A stretch of DNA of 64,000 nt from an uncultured bacterium (GTDB taxonomy: Bacteria; Chlamydiota; Chlamydiia; Chlamydiales; JAAKFR01): positions 37,974 through 101,973 of the forward strand of contig CAYGJC010000005.1 of NCBI GenBank assembly GCA_964350245.1, read 5' to 3'. Below, piece after piece: positions 44,355 to 53,728 of this stretch (position 1 is the stretch's first letter; each line of letters begins with the position of its first letter). A program made the translations under genes and the position numbers. A model generated the notes under the pieces. That model was not told the DNA's origin. It worked only from the letters and a program-made list of their open reading frames with translations, and made no database searches.

Positions 44355-44720
44355 TTATTCTTCATAGTTCCTTAGCTGCAAACAAGCAATACGTGCAAGT
44401 TCTGCAGCTTGCCCGGCAACATTTGCGGCTGAGGAGGCTCCTGCTGCCCTTGGTGCAACCGCAGATCCCCTGCAGATGATCCAAAAGACAAGAGAAGCTC
44501 TCATTGCATAACCCCTTGGATTACCTTGGACCTGTTGCATGGCCAAAAGGACTTGATGGTAACGATCATCTAGGTCAAGCCTAACGACATCCCGTTGTTG
44601 AATGGGATTAGGGGCTTGTGCTCCACCAGCTGCAGCTGGTGGTAAATCATCATCCTCAAGAAGATGAGAAAGGTCTACCCACTCATCTCCACTGGATCTT
44701 AAACTAGATACTGCTGACAT
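44355..44720 (-). CDS. Orphan hypothetical protein (121 aa, Ala/Gly-rich)
   Basis: Strong SD (AAGGAG 7 nt upstream of the ATG). Acidic N-terminus (DEWVDLSHLLEDDDLPP). No motif recognised. Confidence 0.5.
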   Translation of the reverse strand: MSAVSSLRSSGDEWVDLSHLLEDDDLPPAAAGGAQAPNPIQQRDVVRLDLDDRYHQVLLAMQQVQGNPRGYAMRASLVFWIICRGSAVAPRAAGASSAANVAGQAAELARIACLQLRNYEE

Positions 44721-44752
44721 AATAAACTCCTTTATATTTCACATTTTTCCAA

Positions 44753-44781
44753 AATGAAAGAGAGACTGTCTCTCTTTCATT
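44753..44781. promoter_or_regulatory. Perfect 29-bp palindrome aatgaaagagagac-t-gtctctctttcatt
   Basis: The arms at 44753-44766 and 44768-44781 are exact reverse complements. The element lies 33 nt upstream of the ORF starting at 44720, and is followed by TTTT on the minus strand. Confidence 0.45.
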
Positions 44782-45040
44782 CTTGGATGCTACTTTAATA
44801 AAGAAGCTTTAGCAGCAAGCAGGGATGAAAAAGAGACGTGGCTCTCGTTCGTGCGGCGATGGAAAAAACCACGCTTGCTGCAAATAGGCAAAGACAAGGC
44901 TTGAAACCGGAGTGCGTACTGAATCTGTTGACTTCGATCAGATAACATGTTGAGGCCAAGCCTAAAAAATTAAGATTGAATTAAGTCTAGGAAAAACGAT
45001 TATTTTATTCAAATAAAAAAAATAACCGTCGTAACGAGGA

Positions 45041-47806
45041 TTAGGTAGGACTAAGTCCAAGGTCACGATCGTCATCGTTGGCATCGGAAGAAATCTGAGG
45101 TGGAGGTGGAGGCGGGGTCTCTTGCTCCCGTCTAAAAAGCTTATCCAACTCCTGCAAGCGCTTCTGCTTCTTCTCTGAATCCCACTCATTGTTGATGATA
45201 TCACGTACGTCTTGCGCATCCAAAGTCTCAAACTCGATGAGCATACGGGTCATGAGCTCAACTTGATCGCGATGAGCCAAAATCACATCTGTAGCCCGCT
45301 GATACGCCTCATCTAAGAGCTTACGCACCTCCTCATCAATCACACGCGCAGTCTCTTCAGAATAGGTCTTTTCGCTGGGCCCGACACCGTAACCACCGGC
45401 TCCCTCACTACGCTCATCATAGGCAACCTTGCCCAGAATATCACTCATGCCCCACTCGCAGACCATGCTGCGCACTAAGCGGGTCGCTTGGGAAATATCT
45501 TGCTGAGCGCCACTTGAGATATCCCCTAGGAAAATCTCTTCTGCGACGCGTCCTCCCATTAAGACAGCCAGCTGATCCAAAAGCTCTTTTCTCCAATAAC
45601 TCACTCGGTTTTTCAGTGGCAGAAAGTGAGTCGCTCCTAATGAGAGACCTCTGGGAATAATCGTGACCTTATCAACAGGGTCTGAGTGCTCAACAACAAG
45701 TCCCACAATAGCATGACCAGATTCATGATAGGCAGTTGTAAGACGTTCGTTATCATCAAGTTCCATGCTACGCCGCTCTTTTCCATAGAGCACCTTATCA
45801 CGTGCCTCCGCCACCTCTGTCCCTGTCACAGCAGTACGACCTTTGCGGGCTGCTAAAAGAGCCGCTTCGTTGAGCAAATTGGCTAAATCAGCACCTGAAG
45901 CGCCGGGAGTACTACGGGCGACACTGAGAAGATCTACAGAAGGATCAATCTTAATTTTACGGGCGTGTACTTTCAAAATTTCGTAGCGCCCCTTAATATC
46001 AGGCAGGCCAATGACCACACGCCGGTCAAAACGACCCGGACGGAGAAGCGCCTTATCTAGAACATCTGGACGGTTAGTGGCAGCCATCAAGATCACACCC
46101 TCGTTCGTGTCAAATCCGTCCATCTCGACAAGGAGCTGGTTGAGGGTTTGCTCACGCTCGTCATGCCCCCCACCAATTCCGGCACCACGGTGACGCCCAA
46201 CTGCATCAATCTCATCGATAAAGATGATACAAGGAGAGTTTTTCTTCGCCTGCTCGAACATATCCCGAATCCGGCTGGCACCCACACCCACAAACATCTC
46301 GACAAAATCCGAGCCTGCAATGGAGAAAAAGGGACGATCCGCCTCTCCGGCTACCGCCTTGGCAACTAGGGTCTTTCCTGTACCGGGCGCACCAATCAAG
46401 AGAACTCCTTTAGGAATTCGACCGCCGAGCGAAGTGAATTTGGTTGGATTTTTCAAGAAATCAACAATCTCAACAAGCTCTTCTTTTGCCTCTTCAATCC
46501 CTGCAACATCTTTAAAAGTGACTTTGTTTTGCCCTTGCTGGAGCATTTTGGCAGGAGATTTTCCAAAATTCATCGCCGAACCACCCATTCCCCCCTTCAT
46601 TTGTCTGGAAAAGACAAAGTAGAGAAGTAGAATCACAAGAGCAATTGGGAGAATAGTGAGGATATAACTAAAGTAGTTCGGGGCTGGCTCTTCACTTTTA
46701 AATGTCTTTTCAAGGGCTAACGTACGTGGCTGGTCAGGAGCTTTGAAAGGAAGCCCATGATTTACTTTAAAGGTATCCCACTCTTCTTTTGCATTGGCAA
46801 ACCAATGACTATAAGTCTCAGGATCTTGACGCTCTAAAGCGCGACTGGACAGTTCTTTATTATTGAAGAACCAGATCACGTTGGCAACCGACAGACGCGC
46901 TTTATCCAACTGTGCCTCATTTTGCTCTAAGGTTTGGGTCACTGAGCTATATTTCTGCATTTCCTCCTTATACTGACGGACAGAGCGGAGCTCACTAAGC
47001 CGTACATGATCCACAGGTTGATTGAGCTCAGCCACTATCCCTTGAAGTCCGGCCAAAACACTCTCATACACAGCCACTTTTTCTGCAGGAGAATAGGCAT
47101 CTCCACTGACTCCTTCAATCTGTTTGGTGTACGATTTTAGCTTTTGCTTCATCGATTCGGCCCCAATCCCTAATACAGGTGAGCGGAAATTGCCTACTAA
47201 AATGGCCAGATCACTTTCGAAGGCAGCAAGGTCCTGTTGTCCACCTGCCGAAAGAGAATTATTGATCTGCTGGAGCCTCCTCTCAATGGCGGGAAGATTG
47301 ATCATTTTTTTGGCTGGAGGTGTGTCAATTACAACAGCATTTTCGCGCTCAGGTAGGTCATAAACCTCCTCGATCACACGATAACCACCGGCAGGAATGG
47401 GTGTCCCCGAAATCTCTAAAAACCACTTGGCCCCGTCTTCAATACTCGTCTCCTGACGATTCAAATTGGCCAAAATCTCATCTTTCTGATTGGTCAGTGC
47501 ATGATTGGTTTCAAGCAACTCAAGATAGCGGTAACGTTTACGACCTTCATCTGTCAAACGCTCCCGAAACTTTCCGCTAAAGGTTACCAAATTGTCATTC
47601 AGCGACACCTTTCGGCTATCCTCTGGAACAATCAGTTGCAGATTGACGAGATGTTCAACCTGATGACTGAAGGCAACATTTGCCGATTTTGTCGACATAA
47701 AGTTCTGCAACGTGATGACAATCAAAATGATTGCCAGCAGAAACAAAAAGAATGTTGTCGGAAAGCTTTTTTTGGGGTCGTTTGTACTTTTTTTATCTTG
47801 AGCCAT
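45041..47806 (-). CDS. ftsH: ATP-dependent zinc metalloprotease FtsH (long chlamydial form)
   Basis: Walker [17 protein letters not shown], Walker [13 protein letters not shown], and HESGHAI zinc motif. An extracytoplasmic insert of about 350 aa between the TM helices gives 921 aa. Confidence 0.95.
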   Translation of the reverse strand: MAQDKKSTNDPKKSFPTTFFLFLLAIILIVITLQNFMSTKSANVAFSHQVEHLVNLQLIVPEDSRKVSLNDNLVTFSGKFRERLTDEGRKRYRYLELLETNHALTNQKDEILANLNRQETSIEDGAKWFLEISGTPIPAGGYRVIEEVYDLPERENAVVIDTPPAKKMINLPAIERRLQQINNSLSAGGQQDLAAFESDLAILVGNFRSPVLGIGAESMKQKLKSYTKQIEGVSGDAYSPAEKVAVYESVLAGLQGIVAELNQPVDHVRLSELRSVRQYKEEMQKYSSVTQTLEQNEAQLDKARLSVANVIWFFNNKELSSRALERQDPETYSHWFANAKEEWDTFKVNHGLPFKAPDQPRTLALEKTFKSEEPAPNYFSYILTILPIALVILLLYFVFSRQMKGGMGGSAMNFGKSPAKMLQQGQNKVTFKDVAGIEEAKEELVEIVDFLKNPTKFTSLGGRIPKGVLLIGAPGTGKTLVAKAVAGEADRPFFSIAGSDFVEMFVGVGASRIRDMFEQAKKNSPCIIFIDEIDAVGRHRGAGIGGGHDEREQTLNQLLVEMDGFDTNEGVILMAATNRPDVLDKALLRPGRFDRRVVIGLPDIKGRYEILKVHARKIKIDPSVDLLSVARSTPGASGADLANLLNEAALLAARKGRTAVTGTEVAEARDKVLYGKERRSMELDDNERLTTAYHESGHAIVGLVVEHSDPVDKVTIIPRGLSLGATHFLPLKNRVSYWRKELLDQLAVLMGGRVAEEIFLGDISSGAQQDISQATRLVRSMVCEWGMSDILGKVAYDERSEGAGGYGVGPSEKTYSEETARVIDEEVRKLLDEAYQRATDVILAHRDQVELMTRMLIEFETLDAQDVRDIINNEWDSEKKQKRLQELDKLFRREQETPPPPPPQISSDANDDDRDLGLSPT

Positions 47807-47970
47807 AATTAAAAACTAAATGTTTAATTTATACCTATTGGTAATTATAAATTCTACGCCATTATTAAAGTATTGATTTTTAGAAGAATTTCCAATTGCA
47901 TGTGAAAATCTTTAACCTCAGCGCCTTATCATATCCTATTTTCCCTTTACACATCAACCTCTAAACGAAA

Positions 47971-48921
47971 TTATTTTAAGGTTTTGATCATTAGGATTCC
48001 GCGATCAATATGGACTTTTTTTTGACCGACTTGAATGACTTTATGGGCGCTATTTTTCTGAATATGAAGGAGTATTGTTTCAAGCACCGAGGATGGAAGA
48101 GCAAGCCTTTCAGTATCAAATAAATCACGTATAATGACCTTATAAATGAGAGGGTGCTGTGAAGGAAATTCCTTAAAGTTAAGAGCCACACCTTCTTGAG
48201 TCTCAATAATTTTTGCTTTAAAAGGGGCTGTCATACTCTCGAAAAATTCAGCCAGCTCGCGAGCCGACTCACCTAGACGGCACAAACTGGACTCTACCTT
48301 TTTCCCAAATTGTTCGGAGAGCAGTGGCAAAAGAGAAACGCGCATTCTCCCGCGCAGAAAACGGGTCTCTGCATTTGTAGGGTCGGAAAAATAGGTGATC
48401 CCCTCACTCTTAAGCCACGCCACTACCCTCTCTTTTTGCACCCTCAATAAGGGACGGTAGAGAGTTAAAGAGCCTAGCTGACACCGAGGAGCGAGCCCCT
48501 TTAGCTTGGGGAGAGATGCTCCTTCAAACACGCGCTTCAGTACTGTCTCAGCTTGATCATCAGCATGATGTCCAAGCACCACTCCATATAATTCTTCTTG
48601 CGCCACTAGCTCCTCAAAAAAGCGATGCCGAGCCCGCCGTGAGAGATCTTCGAGGTTTTTTCCCGCTAGTTTAGCCTGACGCAAATGGCAGCGCACCCCA
48701 TATTCCTGGCACATCTGCAGTAGAAGCTCTGCCTCTTCTCTACTCTCGGAGCGCCAGCCGTGGTCTAAGTGTGCCGCTTGAAAAGGGTGATTCGCTTTTC
48801 TCATGAGGTGGAATAGAGCTGTCGAATCGGGTCCACCGGAAAGACCTAGTAAAAGAGGCTTGTTTTCAAGCCCTTGATCATCAATAAATTTCAAAAATTT
48901 TTCCAGCAAGATATTCCTCAA
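47971..48921 (-). CDS. tilS: tRNA(Ile)-lysidine synthetase
   Basis: PP-loop LLLGLSGGPDSTAL and the HLDHGWR block. Confidence 0.9.
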   Translation of the reverse strand: MRNILLEKFLKFIDDQGLENKPLLLGLSGGPDSTALFHLMRKANHPFQAAHLDHGWRSESREEAELLLQMCQEYGVRCHLRQAKLAGKNLEDLSRRARHRFFEELVAQEELYGVVLGHHADDQAETVLKRVFEGASLPKLKGLAPRCQLGSLTLYRPLLRVQKERVVAWLKSEGITYFSDPTNAETRFLRGRMRVSLLPLLSEQFGKKVESSLCRLGESARELAEFFESMTAPFKAKIIETQEGVALNFKEFPSQHPLIYKVIIRDLFDTERLALPSSVLETILLHIQKNSAHKVIQVGQKKVHIDRGILMIKTLK

Positions 48922-48978
48922 AAATCACAAACGTCTATTCTTACTGCTCCAGAGATAAAAAGCTCCTAGAAAACAGCC

Positions 48979-50100
48979 TTGATTGCTAGAATGGCCTCTA
49001 TGCCGCTATTTGGTCGTTATCTGCTCTTTAACTACCTGAAGGTTTTGTTGCTCTCGGTGCTCTCGTTTATTGCTATCTTAATCGTGAGCCGGCTGGAGGA
49101 TATCGCCCATTTTGCCTCTTTGGGCGCACCTCCCACCTATCTCGCCCGCTTTGTCCTCTACCAAGTCCCCTACATTTTACCCATTGCCATCCCAATCTCC
49201 TGTCTTCTCTCCTCCATGATTCTTTTCCAGCGCCTCTCCCAAACCCATGAACTCACCGCTCTTCGTGCAGGAGGCTTTTCATTAAAACAGATTCTGGCCC
49301 CTATTTTGATGGCAGGAGCCTTTCTTGCTCTTGGAAATTTTTATATTACCTCCGAGCTTGCCACGACTTCTCACTTGGCTACTCGTAAAATGGCGCACTC
49401 TCTTATCTCAGTTAACCCGCTGATTCTTCTCCAAAGCGCTAAAACAGCCCAATTAAAAAGGTCGTATGTCCAAATGGACCCGGTTCAAAATGGAAAAGCA
49501 GCAAAAAATGTTCTTGTTGTGTTGAAAAACACCCCCGAAGGGCGCCTTCATCTGGGGCTGGCGAAAAAAATCACCACAGAGGCAGGCACCTTATGTGCGG
49601 AACAGGTGAGCCTGATTTCCAGTCTTCCCAACTCAGGAACTCATCACCTGGTCATTGAAAATCAAAAGCAACTCACAGCTTCTTCGGCAGAATTTGCCTC
49701 GATGATGTACGGAAAGGGGTGGAAAATCGCAACAGATCACCTCACACTTAACTTGTTGGGTGCACGTGCGCACCTCTGTAGTGAGCAATCCGGCTTCGAG
49801 GCAAAACAAAACCTTGCCAAATGCCGCTCTGAATACGTTAAGCGTTTCTCTTTGGGACTGGCTCCTTTTACCTTTACGCTAATGGGAGTCTCTTTTGGAA
49901 TGCAAATCAGCCGTAATCAGGGGAAAAAAGGATTTTTTCTCGCCCTTTTTCTAACCGCGCTGACCTTCATCACCTTTTTTTTAGGCAAAGAACTTGCCTC
50001 TTTAGTCTGGATCGCCTCAACCCTTTTTCTGCTTCCACATGTGTTGATCATGATCTCTTCAACCTGGAGCTTAATGCGCGTAAGTAGGGGGATTGAATGA
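48979..50100 (+). CDS. LptF/LptG-family (YjgP/YjgQ) permease
   Basis: N-terminus LFGRYLLFNYLKVLLLSVLSFIAILIV is typical of the family. 6-TM layout with a central periplasmic domain. The start is TTG at 48979 or ATG at 48991. Confidence 0.8.
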   Translation: MIARMASMPLFGRYLLFNYLKVLLLSVLSFIAILIVSRLEDIAHFASLGAPPTYLARFVLYQVPYILPIAIPISCLLSSMILFQRLSQTHELTALRAGGFSLKQILAPILMAGAFLALGNFYITSELATTSHLATRKMAHSLISVNPLILLQSAKTAQLKRSYVQMDPVQNGKAAKNVLVVLKNTPEGRLHLGLAKKITTEAGTLCAEQVSLISSLPNSGTHHLVIENQKQLTASSAEFASMMYGKGWKIATDHLTLNLLGARAHLCSEQSGFEAKQNLAKCRSEYVKRFSLGLAPFTFTLMGVSFGMQISRNQGKKGFFLALFLTALTFITFFLGKELASLVWIASTLFLLPHVLIMISSTWSLMRVSRGIE

Positions 50101-51146
50101 TCTGGAAACGGTATTTTATAAAAGAGCTGGCAAAAGTCTTTTTTCTCTTTATCGGGGGTTTTTATTTTCTCTATGTTTTGATCGACTACTCTATGCATTC
50201 AAGAGCCTTTCATCAAGAGGGCGTGCGCCTAATCGACATCGGTCTTTACTACGTATTTCAGTTTACAAAACGGGGCGATATTCTCTTACCCATTGCTCTT
50301 TTAATTTCTACTGTCAAGGTTTTAACGACGCTAAATGACCGAAATGAAATCGTAGCCCTGCTCACTGCAGGTACACCTCTTAAAACCTTGATGCGCCCCT
50401 TTCTACTAGTAGGTGCCTTACTTGCACTTTTACTCTACCTCAATTTTCAGTTTTTACAACCCCTCTCCGTTAGTGCGCTGGAGGCCTTCGAGGAAAGCTT
50501 TTTTAAAAAACGCAGCCATGAAGAACCCATTGGGGCCCTTCCTTTGACCGATGGCTCCCTTCTTATCTACGACTCCTTCGACCCAACAGAAAATGCCTTT
50601 CATGATGTTTACTGGTATAAAGATTCTGATCTTATCTATCGAATGGAGACCCTCTACCCCTTTGAGACCATTCCTTTTGCCAAGCAGGTTGAGGTAATTA
50701 AAAGAGAAGAGGAAGTCCTTAAGCGAACCGGTTGGCAGGAGCGGCTCTCATTCCCAGAGATTTCTTTCGATGCTAAATCGCTTTTTATTGCCCTTCATCC
50801 CCCCCGTCAGCAGTCTCTCACTCAGCTCTTTTCAAATATGCGATGGAAGGGCTCTCTTAATGACCGCGAAGCTGAGATGACTGCTGTCTTTTTCTATAAG
50901 CTCACCATGCCACTCACCTGCCTTCTTGTCGTCTGCGCACCGGCACCCTACTGTCTCCGGTTTGGAAGACATATTCCTATCTTTATGCTATACGCACTTT
51001 CACTGTGTGGCGTGATTACCTTTTTTATCTTTGTCAATGCTTGTGTTATACTGGGCGAGAGTCAAGTGCTCTCTCCTTTTTGGGCTTTTACGCTACCGCT
51101 TGCACTCTTTTTTGGATTATTTGGATGGAGATATGCCAAGCTCTAG
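50097..51146 (+). CDS. LptF/LptG-family permease (second subunit)
   Basis: IWKRYFIKELAKVFFLFIGGFYFLYVLID family N-terminus. There is a 4-nt overlap with the upstream paralog. Confidence 0.8.
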   Translation: MIWKRYFIKELAKVFFLFIGGFYFLYVLIDYSMHSRAFHQEGVRLIDIGLYYVFQFTKRGDILLPIALLISTVKVLTTLNDRNEIVALLTAGTPLKTLMRPFLLVGALLALLLYLNFQFLQPLSVSALEAFEESFFKKRSHEEPIGALPLTDGSLLIYDSFDPTENAFHDVYWYKDSDLIYRMETLYPFETIPFAKQVEVIKREEEVLKRTGWQERLSFPEISFDAKSLFIALHPPRQQSLTQLFSNMRWKGSLNDREAEMTAVFFYKLTMPLTCLLVVCAPAPYCLRFGRHIPIFMLYALSLCGVITFFIFVNACVILGESQVLSPFWAFTLPLALFFGLFGWRYAKL

Positions 51147-52281
51147 TGTTTTGAAAGTCGATCTCGATGCCATTGAACAAAACGTGAAGCTCTTTGCTGA
51201 AAAAGGGGCTGTTATGGCGATGATCAAAGCCAATGGCAATGGAACTGATGCGATCCGCCTGGCACCTTACCTGAAAAAGTTTGGGGTCTACTATTTAGGT
51301 GTGGCCCATGTTCATGAAGGAGTGGCGTTACGAAAAGCCGGGATCGAGATGCCGATCTTTGTTTTATCCGCCCCTCCCTATGAGGCTGATTTAGTTGCAC
51401 GCTACGGGTTAGAGCCAGCCGTTAGTACGCTTGAAGAGGTTGTTGCGCTCAATAAGGTAGCCACAGAGGTGATTCCCGTTCACCTTAACATCAATACCGG
51501 CCTCAACCGCTTTGGTGCTGAACCGGAAGAAGTAGCCTTTCTTGTTGATACGATCCAACAGGCGCCTCATCTTCGCCTCGAAGGTTTGATGACGCACTTT
51601 GCTGCCGCAGATCGAGCCGAACTGGATCCTTTTACAGAGAAACAGATCGCGCGGTTTAAAACATGTATTGACGCAATCCAAAAGGCGCCCCGTTGGATCC
51701 ATGCCGCCAACAGCGCTGGTGCTTTAAGGTGCGCTCTTCCCTTCTGTAACCTCTCTCGGATTGGTTTGGGTCTATTTGGTTATGGTGCTTCTCACCCGTT
51801 CCGTCCGGCTCTCTCGTTTGAATCGCACCTTTGTGCAATCCGCTATCCCAAAAAAGGTGAGACCATTGGCTATCAATGTAGCTACACCGTGCCCATTGAG
51901 ACCATGCGTCTAGGCGTGATCCCTGTCGGTTACTATGACGGCGTCCACCGCCACTACAAAGAGAAAGGATATGTCCTGGTCCATGGAAAAAAAGCACCCC
52001 GCGTCGGGGTCATCTGTATGGATTTTATGTTCGTGGACTTAACGACAATCCCAGAAGCAAAAGTAGGGGATCGAGCCATTCTTTTTGGCTCCAATCTTTC
52101 CCCTGAAACAGTTGCTCAGTGGGGCCATACCGATGTACGAGAGGTCCTTACTAGTATCGGGCCACGAACAGAACGTCTATTTATTTTTAAAAACAGAGAA
52201 GAGAATGAACAAAGCCTATCAGACCCTGCTTACACTTTCCAAAAAGAGCCGCCTCCTAGAGAGCGTCTCCTACCTGCTTGA
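51133..52281 (+). CDS. alr: Alanine racemase
   Basis: VLKVDLDAIEQNV...MIKANGNGTD (PLP-binding Lys), MTHFAAAD, and the GETIGYQCSY block. The ATG at 51133 is chosen over the ORF-track start at 51031. Confidence 0.8.
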   Translation: MPSSSVLKVDLDAIEQNVKLFAEKGAVMAMIKANGNGTDAIRLAPYLKKFGVYYLGVAHVHEGVALRKAGIEMPIFVLSAPPYEADLVARYGLEPAVSTLEEVVALNKVATEVIPVHLNINTGLNRFGAEPEEVAFLVDTIQQAPHLRLEGLMTHFAAADRAELDPFTEKQIARFKTCIDAIQKAPRWIHAANSAGALRCALPFCNLSRIGLGLFGYGASHPFRPALSFESHLCAIRYPKKGETIGYQCSYTVPIETMRLGVIPVGYYDGVHRHYKEKGYVLVHGKKAPRVGVICMDFMFVDLTTIPEAKVGDRAILFGSNLSPETVAQWGHTDVREVLTSIGPRTERLFIFKNREENEQSLSDPAYTFQKEPPPRERLLPA

Positions 52282-53728
52282 GTGGGATCAAGAGACTTAT
52301 ATGCCGCCAGCTGGCTCTTCTGTTCGGGCCGAGCAGATCGAGTTAATGGCCAGCCTCACACATAAAGAGCGCACCTCTAAACGGTTTGAAAAGGCACTGA
52401 AGACTCTGATCGATCTTGACACCGGAACGGTTTTAGCGGATGGACTTACCTTTGAACAAAAGGCTTCACTACGTGAGTGGCGGCGCGACTTTTTACTGGC
52501 TACTTCTCTGCCCAACGCTTTTGTGAAACGTTTTGCACGTCTCACAGCCGAGGCGCTGACCGTCTGGGGCAAAGCGCGAAAAGAGAACAACTTCAGTGCC
52601 TACGCTCCCTATCTAGAGAAGATTGTAGCCCTCTCCCAAAAAAAAGCCGAGCTCATCGGGTATAAAAAGCACCCTTATGACGCCCTTTTAGATACCTTTG
52701 AGCCAGACACAAGCATAGAAAAACTCTCTCCGCTTTTCTCGCAAATTAAAAGAGGAGTAGGCTCGGTTTTAGATCATATCCAGACTGCCGCACAAGTTGA
52801 CGACTCCTGCTTACATGGAAGCTTTTCTACGGATAAACAACTTGCTTTTGGAAACGTGCTGCTTAGGGCGATGGGCTATGATCTGGATAAGGGAAGACTT
52901 GATCTCTCCTCTCATCCCTTTTCGATGGCCATTCACCCTTCAGATAGCCGCATTACGACACGCATACACGCCACCTCCCTGTTCGATTCGCTCTCCGCAG
53001 TCCTGCACGAAGGTGGACATAGTTTGTATGAAATGGGAATGTTACCCGAATACTACGGCTCTCCCCTTTGTGAAGCTGTTTCTCTGGGCATTCATGAGAG
53101 TCAGTCCCGTTTTTGGGAGACCCGAATCGGCCAATCTCTCCCGTTTTGGAAGCACTTCCTCCCTCAGCTCGCTCAAACATTTCCCGAACTAAGCGGTGTT
53201 CCTCTTCAGACTTTTTACCGAGCGATCAACCGCGTGGAGCCCACGTTTATCCGCGTAGAAGCCGATGAGGTCACCTACTCACTCCATGTGATCTTACGCT
53301 TTGAACTGGAAAAGCGCCTTATTGAAGGCTCATTGAAGGTCAAAGATCTACCCGACGCATGGAATGATTTGACACACAGCCTACTAGGAATCACGCCTAC
53401 AACCGACACGGAAGGATGCCTGCAGGACATCCACTGGGCACTAGGGGCGTTCGGGTATTTTCCCACCTATGCTCTGGGAAATCTGTATGCTTCCCAGTTT
53501 TTTGAGACATTTGAAACAACCTTTCCCGACTGGTCTTCTCAGGTAGAGAGAGGAGAGCTTCTCTTCATTAAAGAGTGGCTACAACAAAACATTCACCAAC
53601 ATGGGCGCGCTTACCGTGCAGCTGATCTGGTGAAGAAAGTGACGGGCAGCACCCTTTCTCCCACTCCCTACCTAAACTATCTCAATGCCAAGTACAAGGC
53701 AATCTATCCTACCGTACATCCCAATTGA
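52205..53728 (+). CDS. Carboxypeptidase Taq-type (M32) metallopeptidase
   Basis: HEGGHSLYE zinc motif, HESQSRFWE, DIHWALGAFGYFPTYALGN, and an M32-typical N-terminus (LLEWDQETYMP). The ATG at 52205 is chosen. Confidence 0.9.
   Translation: MNKAYQTLLTLSKKSRLLESVSYLLEWDQETYMPPAGSSVRAEQIELMASLTHKERTSKRFEKALKTLIDLDTGTVLADGLTFEQKASLREWRRDFLLATSLPNAFVKRFARLTAEALTVWGKARKENNFSAYAPYLEKIVALSQKKAELIGYKKHPYDALLDTFEPDTSIEKLSPLFSQIKRGVGSVLDHIQTAAQVDDSCLHGSFSTDKQLAFGNVLLRAMGYDLDKGRLDLSSHPFSMAIHPSDSRITTRIHATSLFDSLSAVLHEGGHSLYEMGMLPEYYGSPLCEAVSLGIHESQSRFWETRIGQSLPFWKHFLPQLAQTFPELSGVPLQTFYRAINRVEPTFIRVEADEVTYSLHVILRFELEKRLIEGSLKVKDLPDAWNDLTHSLLGITPTTDTEGCLQDIHWALGAFGYFPTYALGNLYASQFFETFETTFPDWSSQVERGELLFIKEWLQQNIHQHGRAYRAADLVKKVTGSTLSPTPYLNYLNAKYKAIYPTVHPN

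Noticed and set aside
44782-45040. ORF-free tract, considered as 4.5S/SRP RNA, 6S RNA, tmRNA or RNase P RNA
   Set aside because: No conserved motifs of these RNAs were recognisable by eye on either strand. It is kept only as a low-confidence possible sRNA within the finding at 44355-45040.
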